A stretch of DNA of 64,000 nt from Mytilus trossulus (GCF_036588685.1 NC_086373.1:106020001-106084000); one strand, 5' to 3'; numbered from the stretch's first letter, positions 27,337 to 40,574 are shown. Notes: generated by a model from the sequence alone, not told the origin. Translations and numbers: made by a program.

Positions 27337-27830
27337 GCTAATAGTGCTCAAAGGGGATTTCAGACACCAAAATTCAATCAAGAGGTATACTGTAAATGTG
27401 GCCTTTACATACTTTTATCAGGTACATGCAAGAACAAAGATAAGACAGCCAAAATTATTAATCTTGAAAAATGTGAAACTCATTATATCTTTATTATGAC
27501 TTTTATGATGTTTAATATATTCAGAAGCTTTAAAAGATTTTACAATATTAACCATGAAACATTTCCGTTAAAATTATTGTCCATGAGGTAGAAGTCCCTC
27601 CTAACAGTCTATAGATTTGCAGGTTTATATATATATATATTATTGCAGCGATAAATGACACAAAAATATCCAACATTAACAAACACCCACAATTCAACAA
27701 TATCAATATACACATGTATAATCTATCAACCTCAAAGTTTTTAAATCAGTAATGCTTATTTCTTTGTTTATTGTTTAAGAAAGCAACAGAAATGATTGAC
27801 TTCTACTGTCATAAATGAATTTCAACTCTT

Positions 27831-30800
27831 TTAATCCTGGTCTTCCTCACTATCAAAATCTTCTTCACTTGAATCTTCATACTCTAAGTCTTCTTCAAAT
27901 TTAGTGATTGGACGTTTTGGTTTGATCACTCGGTGTTTCTGAATAAATTTGGCTTCTTTCATTAGAAGTTCGGCATTTACTTCACTTTTAACTGCTTTAA
28001 ACTCAGCAACCAAAGGAAAAATATGTTCAATAGCAGACTGTACATTGTCAACACATGGAGCTGAAACAAATAGAAAATATTCATTAATAGAAAGACAGCT
28101 TTTCTCTATACATACCAAAGCTTTTACTTTGTATATTTCAAACTTTAAATATAGATATAAAACTCTACTTTCTCTGGATTAACTTATTAATTGGGAATCT
28201 TTGGAATCAGAAAGTGGTTATAATTCATGGAGTAAAAGTCTGTATATATTCAATTGAGCTAAAAAGACTAGAGACATAAAAAATATTCAGTTAAGGAAGT
28301 TTCAGCAATGAAGAGACATGCTTCAAATATTCCAATCTGATTAAAACACCTATAACTATTTAGTAACTGTTGCATTATACGAAACAGACCATTATTTGTG
28401 ACAGCTTAAGTTTAGTGCAGTTGTTAATTGGGCTTTAATGCATTCAAAAACATATCATTGTCATTTTATTTATTTTCTTTGGTTACATCTTCTAACCTCA
28501 GACTCGGACTTCTCTTGAATTGAATTTTAAATGTGCGTATTGTTATGGATTTACTTTTCTACATTGGCTAGAGGTAGGGTTGAGATCTAATAAACATGTT
28601 AAACCCTGCCACATTTTTGCGCCTGTCCCAAGTCAGGAGCCTCTGGCCTTTGTCAGTCTTGTATTTTTTTTATTTTAGTTTCTTGTGTACAATTTGGAAA
28701 TTAGTATGGAGTTCATGATCACTGAACTAGTATATATTTGTTTAGGGGCCAGCTGAAGAACACCTCGGGGTGCAGGAATTTCTCGCTACATTGAAGACCT
28801 GTTGGTGACCTTCTGCTGTTTTTTTTTTTTTTTTTTTTTTTAATTTCTTTTTTTTTATATGGTCGGGTTGTTGTCTCTTTGACACATTCCCCATTTCCAT
28901 TCTCAATTTTATTTTTTTTATTAATTTTTCATTTTATTTTTCCGCATTTCAATATTAAACAATAAACTTAACAGTAATTATTAAAACTAAAAAAACTGTT
29001 ATGTAAATAAAAATGCATATCACATTTAGAAATTATTGTTTTCCTCTAAAATAACTGCTACTGTTAATATTATTATGATGATGGGAATTTTAACGACCTT
29101 GACTGGCTATGCATGGTCAATTGGAAATATTACAAACAAATGGAAGTTTTTAACAACCTTGACTGGCTATACAGCCCTTGCACGGTCGGTGGAAATATTA
29201 CTCGAGAGTGATCATTATAATGTTACAAAATAATTAAGCATTCAAAGGAAGTGAAAATAAAATAAAAACCTCAAAATATTGTATGAATAGTTCTTTTAAA
29301 AGTAGAAAAAAATAATGGGTAACTAAATTTTGAACTTACAAATTTGCCAGTATTTCAAAGGAATATCACCAAAGAAATCAGTCTACAGGATCAAGATTCT
29401 GGGTGTTAACAGATCATTTTCCTAATTGACAGGTAACTTGACGACCTGGCAGGTACTTAAAAATCCCTGGAATGGGGTGAAATTTGGGTGTGACCTGCAG
29501 GATGAAGTTCAGTTGACAGGTATGATTTTGGAAGGTAAATTAATTTGATAAAAGGTAATATTGTGAAAAACTTCTTAAAGATTTGTAATACCTGTAACAG
29601 TTATACTTCCAGTAGTAAAGATTTTCAGGGTGGCCTTTGGTTCTTTTATTCTGTATGTTGCCCCAGGATGCAGTTCTGGTTCATAACTGAAAATCAACAA
29701 TTATATATTACAAGTTGAAGTACAAAATTCAGGTAATTCAAGTATAATGTCACATCATAGATTAGATAGTCAGTTGTATCAACAAGTGTATGTTAAACAT
29801 ATAAATAAAACAAAAATAATTTGTAAAAGAATTAAAAAAAATGTGTATTTTTATGCTTGTTAATATGTCTGTCATTTTGGGCTTTATTTTGCTGGCATTT
29901 CCAATTGATTCTCTTGGCCAACTGTACTGTTTCAAAACATGTGTTTGACCAATGCAAAGTTAGAAAGGATTTAACTAAAAATCTACTGGCAGTTAGAATT
30001 TATGAATATGTATCAAATTAATTCTATGTTAATTTTGACAAAGTCAATTGACTATGACTGAGGGGGCTGCGAGGGCCAAATAATCTCTATGGAAATGAGA
30101 TGTGCAAATGCTTATATACCTTCATACCAAATATCATTTACCTACCACCAGTGTCTAATACATTGTTGATGTCACAGCATGTTCAACTCTTTTTTTTAAG
30201 TATAGACAATAAACCTTTGTTACATCTGAATATCAATTTTGTATTACCACTTAATGGAAATAAATACCTGACTTCTCTTGGATATTTTCTCGCCATATCT
30301 GCCACTTTGATTTTAAATGGCATAGAACATGTTCCTAGTACATTTACAACTTTAAAATTAGTAAACTTGACATCAAAACCTATCCTTTGTAATTGTCTGG
30401 CAAATTTTCTGGCAGCTATTTTTGCATATGGTTCACTGAAATTAAAACAGGATAAAAATTGAAATTTATTTCACAAATTCCTTTTTTTCTTGAATGTTAA
30501 CAAATTTATCAGCCTAAGCATAATTTTTAAATAGAAGATACAGTCTTTTTTTAAAGTCTTATCCCTTTTTTGTTGACTACATTGACAAAAACACTTACAT
30601 TTAATAGTTCAATGAAGTTTCCATGCTGTCAAAGAATCATTAATATCATTGGCTAGGTTCTTGACTTTCACTTGTTAGATTGTGTATACATTTAACTTTT
30701 TGGGGCTACTTGAAGAATCATGAATTATTTTTTTATTGTCGATGATTTTACCATAGTTTAATGAAACAAAGTCTAAACATGAAAATCAAAGAGATACAAA

Positions 30801-33800
30801 CTGCCTCCCAAAAACAATGAAAATGTGTCCGTATTCAGTAAAGATGCACACCTTTTTCAAAATAGGTAGGTGTCTGACCTAGACCGAAAACATAATGCTC
30901 CTCCTCTCTACTTGGTAAGTTACTTAGTCAAAGTAAATAAACAAATATTCATAGTATGCACCAAGTCTGTCAAATGACTGTGTGATGCGCACCTGTATGT
31001 GTGTTGTTGTGTCTGTGCTTGTCACTCTCGCTTTCAGCATGCATCACTGGCTAGCAGCTTGCTGTGAAAAGGAGAGCCGAGTGCGTAAGTCTTTCCTGCC
31101 AGTTACAGCCTCTCATGCAGTAAGACCTATGTGGCCCAGATATGGGATCCTCCACGAGGTGATAGATGCAAACTGGGCAACTCACGGCCCCAGGCAAAAC
31201 CACAAGGTCTCGGAGGAGGTTTGGCCCCTAGATGCACGGCATGCTAGGCCCACCAGTGAGTGGATACGCCCTGGTGCCTGCAAACCAAACCCAGCTATGG
31301 GAAAATAGCCCCACTGCCTTGTGGGTGACTGTGGAAAGTCAAAGGCTATGGGAGACAACCCAGAAAGAAATCCGGACAGATGCAATCCGTTAGCATGGTA
31401 ATGCAATCATCTATGGGAAGGACTACCCAGAGAGAAAACCCGGCCCACCAGAGTGGAGGTTGGACGTTGGGCTAACTACCCAACTCTGTAAAAAAGAACT
31501 TGTTACAGAAACCAGAAACGCTGAAGAAACCCAAGATTGGTGTACTGCTGAGGAACCAAACATGACACATTTGGGGGAAAGCCGAAAGGAAGCCCAAAAG
31601 CCGAGCGGTTCCATAGTAGCGCCAAAACAGAATATATATATAGGATGTTGGAATGTTAGAACAATGGCAGACATAACAAAAGCAGCACAAGTAGCAAAGG
31701 AAATGAAAAATTATGGTATGGACATACTAGGTATCAGTGAAAGTAGATGGAAAGGATCAGGTGAAACCAAGCTTCAAAGTGGAGACACAGTGGTCTATGT
31801 CGGCGATAATGAACATCAAGTCAAGGGAGTAGCCATAATGATGAATGAAAGAGCTAAGAAATCATTGATGGAATGGACACCAATCAACAAGAGAATGATA
31901 AAGGCAAGATTCTATTCAAAGTATAAAAAGCTGACAGTTATACAAGCATATGCTCCAACAAACGTGGAAAAGAGGAAGAGAAAGAAGAATTTTACCAACA
32001 ACTACAAGACAATGTTTCATCCTGCAATAAAAATGATATGCTTATAGTTATGGGTGACCTGAATGCAAAAGTAGGCAAAGACAATAGCCATTTGCAAGAG
32101 GTGTTAGGAAAACATGGATGTGGGACAATAAATGAAAATGGTGAACTATTATGTAATTTCTGTCAAATCAACGGCCTCATCATAACAGGCTCCATTTTCC
32201 CACATAAGGAAATACATAAAGTAACATGGAAATCCCCTGACGAAAAAAACAACAAACCAGATAGATCATATAATGGAAAATGGTTGATGAAAGAAAATAA
32301 ATTAAAAATAAATTAGAAGGAACCAGATCGGAAAGATTAAAAGTGAGACTCAATGAAGAATACAAGCAGAAAAATAAAGGGGTTAAGAAAAGTGCCAGAG
32401 AGGATAAAAGGAAGTGGTACAATATGATGGCTGAAGATGCAGAAAAAGCAGCAGAAAATGGCAGAAGCAAAGAGCTTTATAACATCACTAAAATACTAAC
32501 AGGTGAAAGAAAGAGGCAACACACAGGAGTAAAAAGTAAAGATGGAGAACTGAAAAGTGAAAGAAATGATATATTGAATAGATGGGTAGAACATTTTAGT
32601 TAAGTTTTAAATAGGCAAGATCCTCTTCATCCAATTTCAGAGGAAGATGTAGATATGGCCGAAATTATAATAGAGGAGATTGATCTAGGAGAATGGACAG
32701 TAGCTGAAGTTAAAAGAGCACTGAAGAAGACACAAAATGGAAAGTCAGCAGGAATAGATAGTGTAACACCAGAGCTTATAAAGGCAGACATCGACCTTAC
32801 AGCAGAGAAAATGGCAGAAATATTTAACAGCCTATGGGAAGAAGAAAATTGGCAATCAGACTGGAGAAAGGGATTGATTTGTAAGATCTTTAAGAAGGGC
32901 GATATGACAGATTGTAACAACTGGAGAGGAGTGACTCTTTTACCTGTTTTCAGTAATGTTTTCTGCAGAATGCTAATAGAAAGAATAAAAGAAGGAATAG
33001 ACAAGAGATTGAGGAATGAGCAGGCAGGATTTAGACCAAAAAGAGGAACAACTGAACAGATTTTTATCCTTCGAAACATACTCGAGCAAACAAATGAATG
33101 GAGAGCAGCTTTAATAATACTTTTTATAGACTTCGAAAAAGCATTTGACTCAGTCCACCGAGAGAGTCTATGGTATATCATGAAGAGCTATGGAATACCA
33201 GACAAGATCATAAGAACCATAAAGGAGATATATAAAGGATTTAAGTGTTCTGTCATCGATCAGGGAGAAACATCAGAATGGTTTGAGATAAAATCAGGAG
33301 TGAAACAGGGATGCGTAATGTCAGGTTTTCTTTTCCTTCTAGTCATAGATTGGATCATGCGGAAAACAACTGCAGACAAAGCAAGAGGGATACGATGGAA
33401 CTTTAATACAGTTCTAGAAGATCTTGACTTTGCGGATGACATCGCACTCCTTTCCTCAAAATTTAGCGACCTTGATGAAAAAACACAGAAATTAACAACT
33501 GAAGCTGAAAGAGTTGGAATGAAACTAAACCCCAAAAAGTGTAAAACTCTGAGATCCAAGCAAACAAAGAATAAAGAGTTGATAACGTTATACGACCAGA
33601 AAATAGAAGATGTTGATAAGTTTACATACCTTGGAGCAGTCATGGACAAAGAGGGAGGAGGCAGTTGTGACATCAAAAACAGAATACAGAAAGCAAGAGG
33701 GACATTCCATCGCCTAAGAAATATATGGTATGCAAGAGGAATTGGCCGAAAAACAAAAATTCACCTTTATAAATCATTAGTAAGACCTGTATTATTGTAT

Positions 33801-36800
33801 GGATGCGAAACATGGAAATTAACAAACATTGAAGAAAAGAAACTTAATACTGTAGAACACCAATGCCTAAGAAAGATCCTAAAAATAAGATGGCAGAGTA
33901 AAACATCAAACAAAACAGTTAACGAAATAGCTAACACCAGAAACATCAGTTGTGAAATCAGAAGGAGACGGTGGACATGGATAGGACATACATTAAGACT
34001 TGAAAGAGACAACAACAGCTATGTAGCTCTACAATGGGCACCTGAAGGGAAAAGAACTAGAGGAAGGCCAAAAACTACATGGAGAAGAACAACAGAGAGA
34101 GAAAGGAACCAACAAGGATGGACAAGTTGGAACGAAGCCAGAACAGCGGCAAAAGATAGAAAAGGGTGGAAAAGCAGCGTGGAGGCCTTATGCGACTTCT
34201 GGCGCGGAGAGAATTAAGGTTAAGGTAAGGCACCAAGGCTTCCAAAACGCCTTTACGGTCATATATTCCGGTCATTTGTATAATGTCGGGTAAAAGATCG
34301 GCTGGGCAAAGCATGAAACGGTCATCTACTTTTTAGTTTCAAAGGCTTTTTTCGGTCATTTTAACATATAAATTCACGATCTTTTTGACCCAACATTTTG
34401 CCTTTAACAGCCATACATTTCCTGTCATAAAAGTGACATGAAGATTAATTACTATCAAAACAACCCCTACTTCAATACTTTCTAATTTTAATCAAGGCTA
34501 ATTAGTTGTTGGACAGCTGAAAACTACCTGTTCAGGTGACAGGTAAACTATTTTCAGTACCGGACATTGTATAAATTAATCGGTCCATTCCCAATTATTT
34601 TCGTACATTTCAGCAACTTGCTTCTAATTGATTTAAAATATATAATAAATACATTTATAAACATGATTTGATAAATCATTTAAAAAGGTTTTTAATGAAA
34701 AATCGTCAGAACTACGTTGTATGAACAAGAACAAGTGTGCGCATGTGCACAGGTGGGAAATTCAATTATGCATCCTACATATCTTCAAAAATGCTAAAAC
34801 TATCATTAATACCTGTATCTAACGTTCATTTCAAGTATTTTGTTGAAGAAATAACGTGGAAAGAGCTTCTTCGCTCAGTAGTTCTATGTTACGTACACGG
34901 ATTTTACGTATCCGTTTATGGTCCATGTTTTACCATTGTCTAGTCAACATCCGGTTTTGAAAAATGTGACTTTAAAAACAAAAATAAAGTTCTAGACAAC
35001 TTCATTTTGTACAAATAAAGAGTCTAATGCAGATATGAGCACGCTGATGTGCACACTTTGAATGATGCAATGCCAATTTTAACAGTTTATGTCAGAACAT
35101 CAAATTCATATCAAAGTAAAGTTTAATATCGATTTTAATTTAATGTCAATCATATGGATGGCCATCTGATTACCATAATTGCCTTTTGTGACTGTCTTAG
35201 GGATTAAAATTCGGATCAGATATAAAATGTCCGGCTGGCTCAGAAAAATTTTGGAAGCCCTGGTATGCACTATAATCCACAAAATATTTATTTACATTGT
35301 ACATGTTACCTGTATGTTTCAATTGGTTCAAAGATTACCTAATACATGTACATATGAACACATCTAATCCCTTTTAACATAAACAGTTAGGGGAATTGAT
35401 GGTTGGGTACATATTGTATAATATACAAGTCTTTTAAGTTTTACATTACCTGGTAGCACCTGTACAAGTTATCTTTCCTGAAGACCAAATACTGGCAGTT
35501 GTGTATGGTCTCCTTATCCTCATATTGCACATCTGAAATAATCCATTAACATTTTATATAATTCTTAAAATCAGTACATCTGAAAATCTATAACTCTATT
35601 TACATATTATGAATAAATAAACAAAACAAATTAATTTGAGCTCTATTAGCTGGTTAATTAAAAAAGCAGAAATTAATTTTTGCATTCAGTCAAGGCAAAA
35701 AGATAATACACATTGAAGCGGTTTCTTAAATAACTGTTAAAGGTCAAAGGAAGGATAAAACAGTTTGCAACACTTTTTAATGTAGGATGAAGCATTGACA
35801 TGCAAAACTGGTAATCAGATTACCGTAATCTACTTATAAAAAGTTTGCCAGTTCATGAAATTAGCTTAATAAATCTTATAGAAACATGGTAGGTAAGGTG
35901 TCATAAGGTAATTTTCAGCTACTGCTAGCATCCAATTGGTTAAATTTTTACAGTAACTGGTCAAAATATCCTTATTGTGATACGTCAGCAGTCTCAAATT
36001 AAATATCCTCACCGTAATTTTTTGTCAAAATTAGTTGATTTTTTTCATCAACTAAAGGAAAGTGTACATTTTATCGTCATGCACCAAAAATTACCCTTAA
36101 CAATGTTAACGTCATTTGGCTAGAATTTTTATCATTATTAGTCATGAAGTTATTCTCATTACCACCCTCATAGGTATGTAAATGTAGTGATCAAAGATAC
36201 CAGTGCCAGAAGCATCTCAGTGATCAGGATTTTATTTTGTAGCACCAGTGTAAAATTTAAAAAAAGGATTTTAATTCCACACAACATGATAAATAAAGAT
36301 GGGTTCACATACATAACAAATGTGTTAAGACTTGGTGATATGTGTATGTTTGCAGCTATAAAACCTATTCAGTTCTTCGACTAACTCAATTGTTTTGGTC
36401 CTGAAAGGACTATGGTGATACATGTAATGACAGATCTTTGTGTCTTTAATAACTAAGCCACCCCTATTGAGCATTGTCCCAATGTGATATGATTTTCAGT
36501 GTAAACGATAGTCAGTGTCCACTTTCAGATTTATGAATGATTTGTCTCAATTGAAACAAGACCATTTGGAGAATATGTATAAACAGATATGATTGAACTT
36601 GTTCGACTAACTCTCAATTGTTTTGGCCTGAAAGGACTTTGGTGATAAATATCAGATCTTTGTGTCTTTTAGACAGCGTCCACTTTCAGTTTCATGAATG
36701 GACTGTCTCATTTGAAACATGAACATTTGGAGAGAGGAACATAGGACATTGTGATATTTGTTTTGTGACGATCATTAATTCCAGGAAAATGCATTAATTG

Positions 36801-37071
36801 TATAACATTAAATGATGTAAATACATACACCCTGTTCTCTTTTGTACTCTACATTAACACCTTCCATCGCCACAGTTCTCAAGTTCAAATGACATCTTGT
36901 ACTAAAAGTACACACTACATTGTTTATAATGATGTCAATACATGGAGTGTCATCCTCAGCTTCTTCAGCTTCGGTCTCCAGGCCATTTTGATTGTTATTT
37001 GTGCTATTCTCTACCTTCAGTGAACTAGGATCCAATAAAGGGACCGCCCCTTCTATTTGGACGTCTGTCAT
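27831..37071 (-). CDS. TBPL1: TBP-like protein 1 (TRF2/TLF), 5 coding exons, 272 aa
   Basis: Exons 37071-36829, 35532-35450, 30435-30268, 29686-29592 and 28060-27831; all introns GT-AG with consistent phases (0,2,2,1); 819 nt total. Motifs [47 protein letters not shown] and [12 protein letters not shown] (His/Ala where TBP has ELFPGL) identify TRF2. An alternative in-frame ATG lies at 37095. Confidence 0.95.
28495..28910. mobile_element. SINE-like interspersed repeat in TBPL1 intron 4
   Basis: Core gcctgtcccaagtcaggagcc is shared with ~19653-19690 and ~54093-54125. A related inverted element lies at ~39600-40160. Confidence 0.5.
30966..34229 (+). mobile_element. Near full-length RTE-clade LINE (APE endonuclease + RT), decayed, antisense in TBPL1 intron 2
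   Basis: Endonuclease motifs GCWNVRT, ILGISE, QAYAPT, MGDLNA; RT motifs [40 protein letters not shown]. Frameshifts, a stop at ~32601 and an internal deletion at ~32283. (taagg)n tail; 8-bp TSD gcaccaag at 30958-30965 and 34230-34237. Confidence 0.93.
34234..35262. mobile_element. hAT-like non-autonomous element (8-bp TSD gtatgcac)
   Basis: TIRs caaggcttccaaaa / ttttggaagccctg; TSD at 30954-30961 and 35263-35270, the left copy displaced by the RTE insertion. Confidence 0.8.
35885..36170. repeat. Interspersed repeat with a second copy at ~57950-58220
   Basis: Shared aaaatatccttattgtgat.cgtcag...ttttatcgtcatgcac.aaaaattacc...gtcatgaag. Confidence 0.6.
36376..36732. repeat. Local tandem duplication (~225-bp period) in TBPL1 intron 1
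   Basis: ttcgactaactc..ttgttttgg.cctgaaaggact at 36376 and 36602. Confidence 0.65.
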
Positions 37072-37841
37072 TTTTAACAGATCATTAAAACACATATAAC
37101 TGCACAATCATCACAAAGTTATTAATAATCTATTGTTCATTTGTGTTTTGTTGACAAAAGTGCTTGTAGAAGGTTATGGGATTTCGTTTTTCCGTAACTT
37201 TTTCATGTCAAGCAGGCATTATAAATGTTTTGAGCAGGACATAACTCCAGTTTTAAGACTGAATCCTTATAATTGCATTAACAGGCAACTCTTATATTTT
37301 TTTCTATCAGACGAATTTTCAGCATTTGCAACAGCAGCCATGCTTTCCGGTTTTTTGACTACCCAATCAAATTCCGTTGCTACTGAAAGGGAGACGACCA
37401 TAGAATAGAAGAAAATTTCGCGGGAATTTTCATTTTTTTTTTTTAATTAAACAATCTTTAAAGGGTCAACTGTATGTTCATCGATTTGTCTAAAATTACC
37501 ATATTTGATTTATAACCATGTAATACATTCATCAAAATAATAAAAAGTCTAAAATAAACAATTTACAGGGCATGGGCTTCACTTTGGGCGGTGTGTATTT
37601 TTAAAGTCTTGACCCGTCCGTCACCATCTAATTAACTATCGAGTTGACCTTTTGAATACCTCATTTAAGCAATATAAACATAAATATAGATAGAAATTGA
37701 AACGAACTCGTCAGTCACACCAACGATTTATATAGGACGGTTACATTACAGTCCTTGGTCACACTAGTGCAATTGTATTTTCCAGGTCTGATTAATTTCA
37801 TATTATAGATTCAAAATATATATGTTAATCACCGTTTAAAC

Positions 37842-38290
37842 GTATGCACTCAAATATCATGTCAGATTCCTAATCTATGGCAAATGTGACGTAACAAACT
37901 TAGAACAATTCAAATCTATGGCAGATTTTTGTTTTCTCCTAAAAAAAAATCTAGTAGATCTATTGCAGATCTTTCAAGTGCGTCATATTGCCGCCGCCGC
38001 TAACGATAACAGAACCCAATGGAATGATCGTATATGTACTGCCTTGTTCTCCATTTCCACCTAATCTGCCATAGATTTGGAAACAATGAAAATCAGCCAT
38101 AGATTAGGATTTTAAAAAATCTACCATAGATTTGGAAACAATGAAAATCAGCCATGAATTAGGAAATAACAAAACCATAGATGTGGATTTAAAAAAAATC
38201 TACCATAGATTTGGGATGGCACGACGTCATATTAACCATAGATTAGGAATCTGCCATAGATTTTGAACCCACCATTGATTTGAGTCCTAC
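37842..38290. mobile_element. MITE-like element with internal ccatagatt repeats in inverted orientation
   Basis: gta.gcactcaaat / atttgagtcctac ends; aatctatggc copies on the left, gccatagatt copies on the right. Confidence 0.5.
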
Positions 38291-38332
38291 GATGATATAA
38301 GATCATATAAGAACACGGTGAATGGGACTTAA

Positions 38333-39494
38333 GGGCATACGATACAGTTTTGATCCTGTATTTACAAGTTCATGAAAATTTGCATATAGGCTTTTTTTTA
38401 CCTGATTAAATTAAATATGTAATAAAAAATATACCTTCATGTGCTACTTTTTGAGTAAAATGAGGTCGAAATTTTGTATATTTGCTCAAAATTCAGATTT
38501 GTTGCCGTAATTTCTTTTTCGAAAGAAAGACATAACTTTTTTGTTATAAAAGATAAACACAAATTGTTTTTTGTTAAATAATCGGTAATTTCTGTACTTT
38601 ATAATTATCCTTAAAAAATATGCAATTTTTTATTCAGAAATAACTCATATTTATCAAATGTTCATGAATTGAGGAAAAAACGTCATTTTTTACTGCAAGT
38701 TTATCAAAATTTAAAAAAATCCTCTATTTACAGTTTTATAAAATTTGGGTCATATAATCTCCCTGCAAAATGAAACAAAATGCCGTTTTGAAAAATAGGG
38801 GTCCATGAACTTGTTTTCAAATTAAATCAGTTTGAATGATAAAAATCAGTCGAAAAAAATATCTTTTCCCGATATGTCACAGATACAGTTACAGGGACGG
38901 CAATGACGTTGCTAACGTAATTTGTTATTTTCGCGACGTCAAACTGTGACATATCGGGAAAAGATGCATTTTTCGACTGATTTTTATCATTCAAACTGAT
39001 TTAATTTGAAAACGAGTTCATGGACCCCTATTTTTCAAAACGGCATTTTGTTTCATTTTGCAGGGAGATTATGTGACCCAAATTTTATAAAACTGTAAAT
39101 AGAGGATTTTTTTTTTATTTTGATAAACATGCAGTAAAAAATGACGTTTTTTCCTCAAATCATGAACATTTGATAAATATGAGTTATTTCTATATAAAAA
39201 AATACATATAGTTTTATGATATTTATAAAATAGAGAAATTACCGATTATTTAACAAAAAACAACTTGTGTTTATCTTTTATAACAAAAAAGTTATGTCTT
39301 TCTTTCGAAAAAGAAATTACGGCCACAAATCTGAATTTCGAGCAAATATACAAAATTTCAACCTTATTTTATTCAAAAAGTAGCACATGAAGGTATATTT
39401 TTTATTACATATTTGATTTAATCAGGTAAAAAATAGCCTATATAGAAATTTTCATGATCTTGTAAATACAGGATAAAAACTGTATCGTATGCCC
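38333..39494. mobile_element. 1162-bp foldback MITE, Kolobok-like (TTAA TSD, GG...CC ends)
   Basis: gggcatacgatacagtttt...aaaactgtatcgtatgccc; arms are complementary almost to the centre (~38913); TTAA at 38329-38332 and 39495-39498. Confidence 0.85.
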
Positions 39495-40574
39495 TTAACT
39501 TAGGCCGGATACTTCCAAAAATGCAATAAAGCTAAACGGGTTGAATTAAGCGTCATAACAGATGAACAATAAGCATAAATATACCACAAAACGCCTATAC
39601 ACATGATCACACATCTCATTTCAGATAAAATTTAGAATGAAAATAACTTGATGTGTACAAAAGACAAGTCGACCAAAGGGCAGATAGCATGCAGACGAAG
39701 TCCACCAATGGGTCTTCAACACAGCGAGAATATCCTGAACCCGGGTGCGAGCTTTATTGAGTTGACCCCTAAACTAAAGTGTGTACATACATTACTTATT
39801 TATGATAATTGCACGTCACACTAAACACCAAAAATATAGAAATGAACTAAAACTATATATAAAAACATACAAAACTAACAAAGACTTGGAACAGGCGCAA
39901 AATGAGGTGGGGCTAAATATGTTATCCGTCATATCTAAATCCCTCCCCTATACCTCTAGAAAGCCAATGTAGTGTACACAGCATTTACGCACAGTAAAAC
40001 TTAGTAAAAAAAAGTCCCGAGTCCGATGTCAGACAGAAAAGTTAACAGAAGAAACTAAGCAAAATGACAATGATAGATAATACATAAATTAACAAAGGAC
40101 TACTAGCACTTATTGACATGCCACGCGGCAGCTCCAGACATCAATTAAACTGCTTAAAACATCATGTCTGGTCTTCAAATCTTCTTGTTTCCTCTAATAT
40201 TTGTCCTGAGTGTCCTCTTTAATTTTGCCTCGTAGACGTCCCAAATCAACCATGTACTTTCTTTCCTCAAATCACGGTGTGTATTTAAAAAAAAAAATGT
40301 CTTGACGTAAGAATCAGCAAAACATCATCGAACTTAAGTATATTTGATGTGCTTTCGGAAAAGGAGTGGTGGCGGAGCAGGAAACTATCGAGAGTAATAA
40401 AGGAAGTGTAATAAAGTGGAAACACACACATTGATATGAGAAGTCGGATAAGGTAGGTTAAATGCTAATAGTTTGTAAAAAAATAATTTTAATTTTCTGG
40501 CAGTCTATGCGTACAGGTATCTGACATTGCAAGATATTCGTTTACAAATATAATAGCACACGAAATAGGGACCC

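Noticed and set aside
10679-33676. Antisense ORFs overlapping TE and TBPL1 coding sequence (e.g. 10679-10954, 30100-30462, 32627-33181, 33260-33676)
   Set aside because: These are shadow frames of real coding sequence on the opposite strand.
32655-34217. 520-aa RT ORF as an active or domesticated gene, or a bacterial retron/DGR-type RT
   Set aside because: It is the 3' part of an RTE LINE with an upstream stop, frameshifts, a deletion, a tail and a TSD.
27831-37071. Calling the gene TBP
   Set aside because: [22 protein letters not shown] and NNVVC are TRF2/TBPL1 signatures, not TBP.
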